DNA of 64,000 bases from an uncultured Erysipelotrichaceae bacterium (GTDB lineage Bacteria; Bacillota_I; Bacilli_A; RF39; UBA660), in the NCBI GenBank assembly GCA_902786275.1, contig CADACC010000002.1, positions 7,600 to 71,599 of the forward strand, written 5' to 3'. The translations under genes were made by a program, and so were the position numbers. Shown here one piece after another: positions 9,580-19,536 of the stretch. Position 1 is the first letter of the stretch; each line of letters begins with the position of its first letter. The notes beneath the pieces were generated by a model. The model was not told the DNA's origin and made no database searches. It saw nothing but the letters and a program-made list of their open reading frames with translations.

Positions 9580-11968
9580 ATGAAGAAGAGAAACGGTTTT
9601 ACATTAATAGAACTTATTGCAACAATTGCAATACTTACAGTTGTATCCCTTGTTGCAACTATTACTTATAATAAAATTAGAAAAGATGTTTTAGAACATC
9701 AATATTTAAATTTAAAGACTCTTATTGAAACTGCTGCAATTAAATACTCATCTAAAAATGGATACTCTAGTTTTTTTGTTCAAGACTTAATTGAAAATGG
9801 TTTTTTAGAACCAGATGATGAAACAGATGTATATGACCCAAGAAACGATAAATCTTTAAATTGTCATATTTTAAGTATTAGTGTTGAAAAAAATGGTATG
9901 CTTTCAGCTGATATGAGTGATAAATCATATGATGAAAGTGGTAAATGTAAAACATCATCACTTGATATATATGAAGCTAATTTAAGAATGAATGCTAAGA
10001 TTGAAGGAACTAGTGTAACATATCCTGTTAATTCACTTAATACAGGTACTAGTGCTCCATATATCTTTGAAGGATGGACAAGATTTAATCTTGATATAAC
10101 AGCTGATCCATCAAGTATTCCTGAATCTCTTCAAAATGGTAAATATGTATGGAATAGAAATAATGATGTAACTACTATAGAACCTAATAGAACTATTACA
10201 ACTAATGAGTATGGTGTTTATAATAATTATTATTACTTAGATTTCTATACAGAAGCTGGTACAAGATATCAAGCTAAAATGTTATATAAATTTGATAATG
10301 AAAAACCAACTATCTATCGTGACTCTAATGGAAAAGATAGAATAAAGTTTGTTGATCAAGAAGATAATAATAGATGGGCTAAATCTAAAAATGTCTTTAT
10401 CTATGCATCTGATAAAAATGGATCTGGTTTAAGCAAAATATATATTGGACGTGAAAAATGTGAATACGCTCTTGAAAATAATTTAACAAGACCTGCAATT
10501 CCAGGTATCATCCAAGTTTATGAAGTAAAAATTGAAACTGGTGATGCTAGAAATCAAAATGAAGAATATAATGTATGTGTTATTGATAAAGCAGGTAATA
10601 TAGCTAAATCAAAAACTAAAGTTACACTTGTTGATATAACTCCTCCAAGATGTGATCATGTGTCACCTGATTTAGGATCTATTGATGAACCTATTATTAT
10701 GGCTAACTGGATTAGACCAGATAGAACAATTAGAACATTCTGTGCAGATGATCACTATATAACTGAAGATGGTGTTGAAAGACACTTATGGGGTTCTGGA
10801 TGTGTACAAGATTATTATGATAAAACATATTCACCAACTACTATAAATGGTACAACAGAAATAACAGATAATGTTGGTTGGGTTTCAACTTGTGAATATA
10901 GAGTTTTAGTTGATAAAACTCCACCTATATGTGGTGTATCTGAAGATGAATCAACTGTATGGCAATATGAAGATAGAACTATAAAACAACACTATCATGA
11001 TGAACATAGTGGTCCACTTGAAGATACAGTAAATGTTAAAACATTCGTACCAACAACTTTATGTTGATAAAACTCCTCCATACATTTCATATGCAAGATA
11101 TGGTAGTGGAGCATCATTTTATGAATCTAGTTGTCCTGGATTAATATCATTTACATGGACTGACGATGAAAGTGGATTTGCTTCAGGAACTCTTAGCGCT
11201 TGGTATGGAGGAACAAAAACTGCTGATGGTATGGAAACATCTGATGATGTTAATGCTAAGTTATGGACTAATTCATCAAGGACATCAAGATGTGCTCTTG
11301 GAAATTATAGATTTGAGTTACAAGGAACGGATAATGTTGGAAATAAGTCAGCTGTAAAAACTTATAGTTATTCTGTTATACCTGATCCGCCACCACCACC
11401 ACAACCTCCAAGCAATTCCGGTTGTAATTCAAACAAATTTGAAGAATTTAGGGTAAAAGATTCTCATAGCTGTACATATTATATGGAGGTTAGTTATGAT
11501 GAACAAAGATGTCCAAGGTATGGTTGCAAGGAAACTGAATCCCTTTCTGATCTAACATTTACATACTATGCTCAAAAAGAAGGAGAAGCTGTTGATAGGG
11601 CATATAATGCAGTATCTACATCCGCTAATGCAGTTGCCAATCGTATGGGTACACAAATGTATTCCGCTGGTGATAATGGAACACTGTTTATATGGGCAGA
11701 TTGCTCAGCAGGCTCAAATGGATTATCTTGTACAGATAATCGTGACGGTTTTGCTACGTCATATACTCTTGGTAAATCAACATGTTCTGATCCAGAACTT
11801 GTTACTTCTGGATACCATCTTGGTGAATACAAGGTAACATGTAAAGTCAAAAGAACTAGATGTTTAAAATATAAAAATGGCGGGGAATACATGCAAAATA
11901 GTTCTACAGAGTATGTATATTATTGTTGTAAATCATTAAATTCTGATACACATTGTAAAGTAAGATGA
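9580..11968 (+). pseudogene. large (about 800 aa) prepilin-signal surface protein with repeated …VDKTPP… boundaries and a Cys-rich C-terminal domain; interrupted by a frameshift near 11030-11067
   Basis: The N-terminus MKKRNGFTLIELIATIAILTVVSLVA is a class III signal. The frame-1 ORF ends at 11067 (…VPTTLC*). A frame-2 ORF opens at 11033 and immediately reads …LYVDKTPPY…, the same motif as RVLVDKTPPICG at about 10905. This indicates one gene split by a 1-nt indel. The C-terminal part carries a PPPPQPP linker and about 14 Cys. Confidence 0.6.
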
Positions 11969-12005
11969 TATAATATACGGTAATTACAAAAAAGGAAGTG
12001 TTAAT

Positions 12006-13169
12006 TTGAAAAAAAAATTATCAGTTATAGCTGCTAGTGCGGTTGTTATATCGACACTTGCATCATGTATGAATGCTAATAAAATCGAATCTCAAACATT
12101 TGAAACATATCCAAGCAGTGAAACTATAGTAAGTGAAACATCTGAGACATCTGTTGACACTACAACTATATCTGAAAGTAGTGATTTAGAAACATCTTAC
12201 ACAGTTGAAACAGCGCCCCATAGTAATCCACTTTTGGACTATGCTATGAGTAACCCAAGTGAATATGCTTTAAATGCGTATTTAATTATGTGTCCGACAG
12301 ATTATAAAGTGGATTTATCTTATGGATTTGATAATCCATACACAGTTGCAAAATTTCAAAGTTATGTTTACGATGTTACTGGAATTCAAGATAATTCATT
12401 AAGTTTATCTGATGTTTCATATTTTCAGTATACTAGCTACTTTGATGATTATTCATCTACTACATTTGCTGAAACCCTATATACATGCGATGTTGAGGCA
12501 GTTAGAGCAGTTTTAGTATCCCAAGGTCTTAGATTTGGAGTTGATGAAATACCTGCATCATATATACAAGAAAGATTTCCTATGTTTTATTATGATGCTA
12601 TGGCTTTTAATCGACCAAATAAAGCCCTTGTGGATTCAAATATGACAATTTTAGATCCAAAAACAATGACTAGCATTTGGGATCCTGAAACAGATTTGGA
12701 AAGGGATTTCAAACTATTTAAAGCATGCTTGAATTATAACTTTGCTAGAAGTTGTTACATGTATAATAACCCATACAATACAGCTCCTATTCAACAAGTG
12801 AGAGATGCAGCTACTGGAAAAAATATACTTTTGCCAACTGAAGACCAAGTCAAAGAATTACAGCAAGATATTAACAGTATCCCTGGATGTGAGAATATAG
12901 ATATATATAAAGTAGAAGATCGTCAAAGTTTCTATGACTGTTATGGATACTATCCAGAAGAATTAATAGATGCTCGTTGGGAGGGTAATACAAAAGAAGG
13001 CTTCCAAGAATATTATAATGGACTTTCTTCATCTGACCAGTATGAAATCTATGCTGTACAACCTCCAACATTTGTGTATACTTATTCTGCAGATACAGAT
13101 AGTTATGTTGTTACACAAACTACTTATGACTATTCTGATCCACAAAAAGGAAAAGGTAAATCTAGATAA
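12006..13169 (+). CDS. hypothetical lipoprotein (TTG start)
   Basis: MKKKLSVIAASAVVISTLASC contains the lipobox LASC. RBS AAGGAAG precedes the start. S/T/E-rich linker. A terminator follows at 13180-13216. Confidence 0.55.
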   Translation: MKKKLSVIAASAVVISTLASCMNANKIESQTFETYPSSETIVSETSETSVDTTTISESSDLETSYTVETAPHSNPLLDYAMSNPSEYALNAYLIMCPTDYKVDLSYGFDNPYTVAKFQSYVYDVTGIQDNSLSLSDVSYFQYTSYFDDYSSTTFAETLYTCDVEAVRAVLVSQGLRFGVDEIPASYIQERFPMFYYDAMAFNRPNKALVDSNMTILDPKTMTSIWDPETDLERDFKLFKACLNYNFARSCYMYNNPYNTAPIQQVRDAATGKNILLPTEDQVKELQQDINSIPGCENIDIYKVEDRQSFYDCYGYYPEELIDARWEGNTKEGFQEYYNGLSSSDQYEIYAVQPPTFVYTYSADTDSYVVTQTTYDYSDPQKGKGKSR

Positions 13170-13179
13170 AAATATATAA

Positions 13180-13216
13180 AAGTGAATAAACAATCGTTTA
13201 TTCACTTTTTTATTTT
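13180..13216 (+). terminator. Rho-independent terminator
   Basis: AAGTGAATAAAC aatc GTTTATTCACTT + TTTTATTTT. Confidence 0.7.
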
Positions 13217-13264
13217 ATATATGTTATACTAATTAATAAGAAAGGAAAGGTATGTTATGTTAAC

Positions 13265-13585
13265 ATGAACTGTGTACTTAGATCATTTTCTAAAGCGTTA
13301 AATAGAACTCCATTTGATATTGAAAATGAACTTATGGTTATAAGTAAAGATTATCGAAAAGAAAAGGTATTTGATAAATACCTTTCTAAAAATTCTTTTA
13401 CGATTATAAATACTTATAATGGTAAGAATTTACTTGATACTAACTTAGTTGGTACCAATATAGCATACGCAAAAGATAAATCCTGGTACCATTTGGTTTG
13501 CGTTATAGATAACTGTGTATATGATAAAGCTTCTTTAGAAGAATTATCTAATATGAGAATTATAAAAATATATAGATTAAAATAA
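13265..13585 (+). CDS. hypothetical small protein
   Basis: 106-aa ORF with no recognisable motif. It ends 25 nt before trpS. Confidence 0.3.
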   Translation: MNCVLRSFSKALNRTPFDIENELMVISKDYRKEKVFDKYLSKNSFTIINTYNGKNLLDTNLVGTNIAYAKDKSWYHLVCVIDNCVYDKASLEELSNMRIIKIYRLK

Positions 13586-13610
13586 TTAATATTTAAGAAA
13601 GGTGATATAT

Positions 13611-14711
13611 ATGAAAAATATTATATTAACAGGTGATAGACCAACTGGTAAGCTTCATATTGGACACTATGTTGGTTCACTTAAAAATAGAGTTAAACTT
13701 CAAAATGAAGGTAACTATGAAAAAATGTATATAATGATAGCTGATGCTCAAGCATTAACTGATAATTCAGGTAATCCACAAAAGGTAAGAGATAATATTA
13801 TTACTGTAATGCTTGATTACTTATCAATTGGACTTGATCCAGAAAAAGTAACATTTTTTATTCAATCAGAGGTAAGAGCATTACCTGAAATAACAGCTTA
13901 CTATATGAATTTAGTAACACTTCCAAGACTTCTTAGAAATCCAACTGTAAAATCAGAAATTACAATGAGAGGTTATGATTCAGAATCAAAAGGTATACCT
14001 GTTGGATTTGCTAATTATCCAATTAGCCAAGCTGCAGATATTACAGCATTTGATGCTAATATTATACCTGTTGGTGATGATCAACTTCCAATGATAGAGC
14101 AAGCAAGAGAAATAGTTAGAAGTTTTAATGGAACATATAATAAAGAAGTTTTAATTATGCCTGAACCAAAACTTCCAGATAATGAAGCTTGCTTAAGACT
14201 TCCAGGTTTAGATGGAAATGCTAAAATGAGTAAATCACTAAATAACTGTATTTATTTATCTGATGATTCTAAAACAGTAAAAGAAAAAGTATTTAGTATG
14301 TATACAGATCCAAATCATATTAAAGTTGAAGATCCTGGTAAAGTAGAAGGTAATATGGTATTTACTTATTTAGATGCTTTTTCATCTGATGAAGACTTTA
14401 AAAAGTATTATCCAGAATTTAATAATCTAGATGAACTTAAAAAAGCTTATTCAAATGGTGGAATTGGTGATATGAGAATTAAAAAATTCTTATATGAAGT
14501 AATTGAAGAACTACTTACTCCAATAAGAGAAAAAAGAAAAGAATATATAAATAAAATTCCATATATTGTTGAAGCTCTTGAAAAAGGAACAAAAGAAGCT
14601 AACGAAAAAGCTGATGAAGTTTTAGATAGAATAAAAGATGCTCTTGGAATAAGATATTTTAATAAAGAATTTATTGAAGAACAAACAAAAAGATTTAATG
14701 AAGAAAATTAA
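13611..14711 (+). CDS. trpS: tryptophan--tRNA ligase
   Basis: Class I aaRS with the HIGH-type motif (TGKLHIGHYVG) and KMSKS. RBS AAAGGTGA is 5 nt upstream of ATG 13611. The ORF track's 13602 start is an in-frame GTG. Confidence 0.9.
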   Translation: MKNIILTGDRPTGKLHIGHYVGSLKNRVKLQNEGNYEKMYIMIADAQALTDNSGNPQKVRDNIITVMLDYLSIGLDPEKVTFFIQSEVRALPEITAYYMNLVTLPRLLRNPTVKSEITMRGYDSESKGIPVGFANYPISQAADITAFDANIIPVGDDQLPMIEQAREIVRSFNGTYNKEVLIMPEPKLPDNEACLRLPGLDGNAKMSKSLNNCIYLSDDSKTVKEKVFSMYTDPNHIKVEDPGKVEGNMVFTYLDAFSSDEDFKKYYPEFNNLDELKKAYSNGGIGDMRIKKFLYEVIEELLTPIREKRKEYINKIPYIVEALEKGTKEANEKADEVLDRIKDALGIRYFNKEFIEEQTKRFNEEN

Positions 14712-14797
14712 TACATTTTTTAGAAAGTAATACATGTGTATTACTTTCTTTTTATTTAGGATAAAATATGATAAAATAATCAATATGGAAGGTGATT

Positions 14798-15907
14798 ATG
14801 ATGTATTATTTTGATTATAGTGCAACAACTAAAACAGATAAAAAAGTTTTAGAAAGATTCACTGAAGTATCACAAGAATACTTCGGTAATGCAAATTCAT
14901 CATATGAGTTTGCAAGAAAATGCAAGAAAGTTATTGATGATACAAGCTGTATAATCGCCGACTACTTTGGCGTTTTACCTAATGAAATTATTTATACTTC
15001 TGGTGCAAGTGAAGCTAATAATTTAGCTATCAAGGGAACAGCAGAACTTACAAATAAAAAGCATATTATTACAACTAAGATTGAGCACTCATCAGTTGTA
15101 TCAACATTATCTTATTTACAAAGTAAAGGTTATAAAGTTGATTTCGTAAATATGACTGATGAAGGAACTGTTGATATAGAGCATTTTAAAAGCTTAATAA
15201 ATGACGATACTTTTTTAGTTACAATGTGCGCTGTTGATAGTGAACTAGGTATTAAGCAACCTATTGAAGAAATAGGTAATATTTTAAAAGATTATGATGA
15301 CATAATTTTCCATGTTGATATAACTCAGTGTGTTGGAAAAGTTCCAGTTAATTTAGATAATATTGATCTTGCATCATTTTCAGGACATAAAATTTATGCT
15401 CCAAAAGGAATAGGTGCTTTAATTAAGAAAAATACTGTTAAATTATCACCACTTATTCATGGTGGTAAATCAACAACTGTTTATAGAAGTGGTACTCCAC
15501 AAAACGAACTTATTGCATCACTTGGAAAAGCATTTGAAATATTAATGCCAAATGTTGAAAATAACATGAAATATGTTCAAGAGTTAAACGATTATTTAAA
15601 AGAAAAATTAAATGGTATTGCGCTAATTAATTCAACAAATAAGTCTATTCCAAATGTTTTAAATATAAGTATTCCAGGTGTTGTAAAACAAGATATACAA
15701 AACTATTTATCAGATAGAGAAATATATGTTTCACTTAATACTGCATGTAGTTTAAATACTGATTATTCTAAAGTAGTATATGAACTTTATAGTGATATGG
15801 ATAGGGCTAAATCATCAATTAGAATTAGTTTATCTTATTTAACAACAAAAGATGAAATAGATTATCTTGTTGATAATATAAGAGGGTATTTAAATGAAAA
15901 TAATTAA
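14798..15907 (+). CDS. cysteine desulfurase (NifS/IscS class V aminotransferase)
   Basis: …YFDYSATT…GASEANNLAIKG…SFSGHKIYAPKGIGAL… are hallmark NifS motifs. The start is ambiguous between ATG 14798 and ATG 14801. Confidence 0.85.
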   Translation: MMYYFDYSATTKTDKKVLERFTEVSQEYFGNANSSYEFARKCKKVIDDTSCIIADYFGVLPNEIIYTSGASEANNLAIKGTAELTNKKHIITTKIEHSSVVSTLSYLQSKGYKVDFVNMTDEGTVDIEHFKSLINDDTFLVTMCAVDSELGIKQPIEEIGNILKDYDDIIFHVDITQCVGKVPVNLDNIDLASFSGHKIYAPKGIGALIKKNTVKLSPLIHGGKSTTVYRSGTPQNELIASLGKAFEILMPNVENNMKYVQELNDYLKEKLNGIALINSTNKSIPNVLNISIPGVVKQDIQNYLSDREIYVSLNTACSLNTDYSKVVYELYSDMDRAKSSIRISLSYLTTKDEIDYLVDNIRGYLNENN

Positions 15908-16148
15908 AATAACAGCTTCTTGGTGTCCATCTTGTTTAATAATGAATGGTATGATAGATGATATTATTTCTAAATATAATTTAGAAATGATTAGTTTAGA
16001 TTTTGATTTAGATCAAAGTGAAGTTGAAAAATATAATGTTGGAACTTTGCTTCCAGTACTTATTAAATTAGATGATAATGATAATGAAATATCAAGAATA
16101 AAGGGAGAAAAATCAGAAAAAGAAATCGTAGAATTTATAGAAGGATAA
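15894..16148 (+). CDS. thioredoxin-family small protein (WCPSC active site)
   Basis: 84 aa containing …TASWCPSCLIM…. It overlaps the nifS-like gene by 14 nt. Confidence 0.7.
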   Translation: MKIIKITASWCPSCLIMNGMIDDIISKYNLEMISLDFDLDQSEVEKYNVGTLLPVLIKLDDNDNEISRIKGEKSEKEIVEFIEG

Positions 16149-16155
16149 ATGTTTT

Positions 16156-17373
16156 ATGAAGAAGTATATAACGCTAATTATTGCACTTATTTTATTAATT
16201 ACACCAATATATACTAAAGCTTTATCTGTTTCTAAAAAATCAAATGAAAAAATCTATTTATTTTATGGAAGAGAGTGTCCTCATTGTGAAGAACTAATGA
16301 AATATTTAGATGAGTTATTTTTAGATAAGAAATATAAAGATGTAAAGCTTGAGAAATATGAAGTGTGGCATAATAAAGAAAATAATAGTAAGCTTGTTGA
16401 AGTAGCGAAGATTCTTAAAGAAGATGCTGTTGGGGTTCCATACATGGTAATTGGAACAAATGTTGTTCAAGGATTTTCTGATGCAAATAAAGAAGAAGTA
16501 AAAGCCATTATAGATTTTTACCTTTATGAAGAATATTTTGATCCAGCAGGTGACTATTTAAATAAAACTGATACATCAAAACTACCAACTTTAAAATATG
16601 AAAAAGAAAATAAAGAAGAATATGATGTTCCGGTTTTAGGTAAAATAAATGCAAAAAATGTATCTTTATTATTAGTATCAGTTATTATAGGTGCAGTTGA
16701 TGGATTTAATCCTTGTGCTATGTGGATACTACTTTTCTTACTTAGTTTACTTATTTCAACTAAAGATAGAAAGAAAATGTGGATACTTGGTTTAACATTT
16801 ATTTTAACTAGTGGAATTGTATATCTATTATTTATGCTTTCTTGGTTAAATGTAGCTAAATATACATCAAGCATTATTGTAATAAGATACTTAATAGGTG
16901 TATTTGCTTTAGTATTTGGATCTATTAATTTATATAGGTTTATTAAAACTTTAAAAGAAAAAGATGTTGGTTGTGATGTAACTGATGCTAACAAAAAAAG
17001 AAAAATAATGGATAGAATAAGAAAAGTCCTTGATCAAAACAAATTACTTTTAGCAGTTCTTGGTATTATGCTTTTAGCAGTATCAGTAAATTTAATAGAA
17101 CTATTATGTTCACTAGGTCTTCCTGTTATGTATACAGAAATACTTGGTTTGAATAATTTATCAACTCTTGAGTATGGCTTTTATATGTTTATATATATCT
17201 TATTCTTCTTAATAGATGATCTAGTAATATTTATTATTGCTATGAAAACATTAAAACTTAAAGGTATATCAAATAAATATATGAAATACTCACATCTAAT
17301 AGGTGGCTTAATAATGTTAATCATAGGTCTTTTAATGATAATTAAACCATCTTGGTTATTATTTAATTTTTAA
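16156..17373 (+). CDS. secreted thioredoxin-like domain (CPHC) fused to a CcdA/DsbD-type thiol-disulfide transporter membrane domain
   Basis: Signal peptide, then …FYGRECPHCEEL…, then the membrane core …GAVDGFNPCAMWILLFLL… (CcdA/DsbD signature), with a second Cys in CSLGLPV. Confidence 0.7.
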   Translation: MKKYITLIIALILLITPIYTKALSVSKKSNEKIYLFYGRECPHCEELMKYLDELFLDKKYKDVKLEKYEVWHNKENNSKLVEVAKILKEDAVGVPYMVIGTNVVQGFSDANKEEVKAIIDFYLYEEYFDPAGDYLNKTDTSKLPTLKYEKENKEEYDVPVLGKINAKNVSLLLVSVIIGAVDGFNPCAMWILLFLLSLLISTKDRKKMWILGLTFILTSGIVYLLFMLSWLNVAKYTSSIIVIRYLIGVFALVFGSINLYRFIKTLKEKDVGCDVTDANKKRKIMDRIRKVLDQNKLLLAVLGIMLLAVSVNLIELLCSLGLPVMYTEILGLNNLSTLEYGFYMFIYILFFLIDDLVIFIIAMKTLKLKGISNKYMKYSHLIGGLIMLIIGLLMIIKPSWLLFNF

Positions 17374-17377
17374 AATA

Positions 17378-17407
17378 ATGCTTTAAACTTAAAGCATTAT
17401 TTTTTTG
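17378..17407 (+). terminator. Rho-independent terminator
   Basis: AATGCTTTAA actt AAAGCATT + ATTTTTTTT. Confidence 0.65.
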
Positions 17408-17428
17408 TAAATAATAATAATAGATTAA

Positions 17429-17457
17429 TTGAATATAAATAGATTTATTGTTATAAT
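17429..17457 (+). promoter_or_regulatory. sigma-A promoter (TTGAAT, 17 nt, TATAAT)
   Basis: -35 TTGAAT at 17429-17434, a 17-nt spacer, and consensus -10 TATAAT at 17452-17457. It lies about 30 nt upstream of the pilin-LRR gene. Confidence 0.5.
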
Positions 17458-17485
17458 TTAAACATAATAAGGGATTGTGAATAGT

Positions 17486-19447
17486 ATGAAAAAGAAAAAT
17501 GGTTTTACATTAGTTGAACTTATTGTTACTTTAGTAATCTTAATTGTCTTAACTTTAATTGCAACAAATATTATTTTAAGTCGTATAAATAAAACAAGAC
17601 AAGAAGCCTTTTTAGATAAAGTAAAAATATATATTAAAGGCTTAGATGCTGATGTTATGGATAACAAAGAATACGATGAGTTTAAGGTATATAACTTTCC
17701 AGGATATAAAATAAAAGCTGTTGATGAACAACCTGATGCTGGCTTCATTATGAAAAATGAAGATAATGAATACCGTGCTCAAATATGGAATAACAAACTT
17801 GAAAAATGTGCAGTAAAAGGTTTTTCAGATACCGATGTTAAAATATCTAAAACTATAAAAAATAAAGCAGACTGTGTATCAAGTTATGCATCAGCTAATA
17901 ATGTTATTGGACAAAGTATATATAATTTATTTGGTATTGAAATGAAAGATTCTGATGGAAATGATGTTGTTATTAAAGAATCTTGTTATACAGTTAATAG
18001 TAGTGGACAAATAACTGACTATGATGCTGACAAATGTGGTTATATTTTTATAACTCCAGATAAAATAGATGGTAAGGATATAACAGGTTTTAATACTGAT
18101 TTTTATAATAATTTAAGAAATAAGGATGTAACTGACTTTTATATAGCTAATGTTCCTAAACTTACAACAATCCCATCTGGATTTTTATCAGGCAATTCAA
18201 ATGTTAAGAATATTATGATTTATGGAAATCCTTTATTAACAGAAATACCTGCTGGATTCTTATCAGGTGATAGAAATCTAGATAGTGTAAGAATAATAAA
18301 TAATCCAAACCTTACCACTTTTGCTCAAGGTAATTTCTTCTTCAGTCAAACAGATCATGGATTTATTAAAAAAATAGAATTTGCTGATTTACCAAAACTT
18401 TCTACTTTCTCAGCTGTATTTGCTTATGTAGATTTTGAAGAATTTATTTTAAGAAATATTGGTGAGGACTCTGGTGATGGAATTCAAATAAAAGATAATG
18501 CATTAACAAACAATATAGGAGTTAATAACGCAAGACTTATTATTGAAGATAATAAAGGTTTATATTATGGTTCTGATGGTGCTATGTCATCATTCTATGC
18601 TGCAGATCACGATAAATCCAGTATAAGTTATGTGTCTATTAAAAATAATAAAAGACTAGATCTTTTATCATATAGTTTTCTTTGTAATGTTAAATATAAT
18701 AATGCAGAAATATATATTGAAAATAATGACTCTTTAACAGGTATTAGAAATAGTGCTTTTATTGGTGATGGTACTATAAAAAAATTAATTATTAAAAATA
18801 ATAAAAATTTAACAGGATTTGGTGAATCTGCATTAAGTGGTAATACATCAAATGGTGGACTACAATTTGTTAATGGCGATTTAATTATTGAAAACAATGA
18901 TAGCCTTGCGGAAATAACTAATAGTGCTATGGGTGGTTTAGCAGGAACAATTAATAAGTTCTCAATATCAAATAATAAGAGCTTATTAACATTTACAAAT
19001 GGAGCCCTAACAAATGATTCTAATAACAAACCAAATATAAAAGAATTTATTGTTAAAAATAATGCAAAATTATCAATTATTGACAATGGTACAATTTCTA
19101 ACTATAAGATTGATAAGGCAGTATTTGAAAATAATGCATCTCTTGATAATTTATGTCGATATAGTGCCTTTTCAAATAATGAGATAAATGTTCTTGATTT
19201 GTCCAAATCACAATTTACTACAGTTGAACCATCATGCGGAATATATAATAATTCAATAAATACCTTAATACTACCAACAACACTTACTAACTTTACACCA
19301 GGTCATTTAACAAGTGGTGTTAAAAAAGAAGTATATGCGGGTGGGCCAAATAAATGCGCACTTAATAACTATTTTATAAATTATAATCCAGATGGATCAA
19401 TAGCAGGATATAATGTTAATCCATCAATAGTGCCTGTTTGTGATTAA
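17486..19447 (+). CDS. prepilin-signal protein fused to BspA-type leucine-rich repeats (LRR_5-like), about 650 aa
   Basis: N-terminus MKKKNGFTLVELIVTLVILIVLTLIA is a class III signal. The C-terminal two thirds are tandem about 23-aa repeats (…IPSGFLSGNSNVKNIMIYGNPLLTEIPAGFLSGDRNLDSVRIINNPNLTTF…) typical of BspA/Treponema LRR surface proteins. ATG 17486 is preferred over the in-frame GTG 17477. Confidence 0.75.
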   Translation: MKKKNGFTLVELIVTLVILIVLTLIATNIILSRINKTRQEAFLDKVKIYIKGLDADVMDNKEYDEFKVYNFPGYKIKAVDEQPDAGFIMKNEDNEYRAQIWNNKLEKCAVKGFSDTDVKISKTIKNKADCVSSYASANNVIGQSIYNLFGIEMKDSDGNDVVIKESCYTVNSSGQITDYDADKCGYIFITPDKIDGKDITGFNTDFYNNLRNKDVTDFYIANVPKLTTIPSGFLSGNSNVKNIMIYGNPLLTEIPAGFLSGDRNLDSVRIINNPNLTTFAQGNFFFSQTDHGFIKKIEFADLPKLSTFSAVFAYVDFEEFILRNIGEDSGDGIQIKDNALTNNIGVNNARLIIEDNKGLYYGSDGAMSSFYAADHDKSSISYVSIKNNKRLDLLSYSFLCNVKYNNAEIYIENNDSLTGIRNSAFIGDGTIKKLIIKNNKNLTGFGESALSGNTSNGGLQFVNGDLIIENNDSLAEITNSAMGGLAGTINKFSISNNKSLLTFTNGALTNDSNNKPNIKEFIVKNNAKLSIIDNGTISNYKIDKAVFENNASLDNLCRYSAFSNNEINVLDLSKSQFTTVEPSCGIYNNSINTLILPTTLTNFTPGHLTSGVKKEVYAGGPNKCALNNYFINYNPDGSIAGYNVNPSIVPVCD

Positions 19448-19478
19448 AAGCTATACATATAATGTATAGCTTTTTTTC
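19448..19478 (+). terminator. Rho-independent terminator
   Basis: AAAGCTATACAT ataa ATGTATAGCTTT + TTTT. Confidence 0.7.
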
Positions 19479-19536
19479 TTTTCTTGATTAAAACAAGATT
19501 AAAAGTTAAAATAAAATTATAGTAGGTGAATGTAAA

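Noticed and set aside
13170-13610. Possible T-box leader upstream of trpS (two GGTACC-containing stretches at about 13452 and 13487)
   Set aside because: Neither stretch matches the T-box core (AGGGTGGNACCGCG). No terminator or antiterminator hairpin with a T-run lies between 13500 and 13610. The interval is instead occupied by a clean 106-aa ORF ending 25 nt before trpS.
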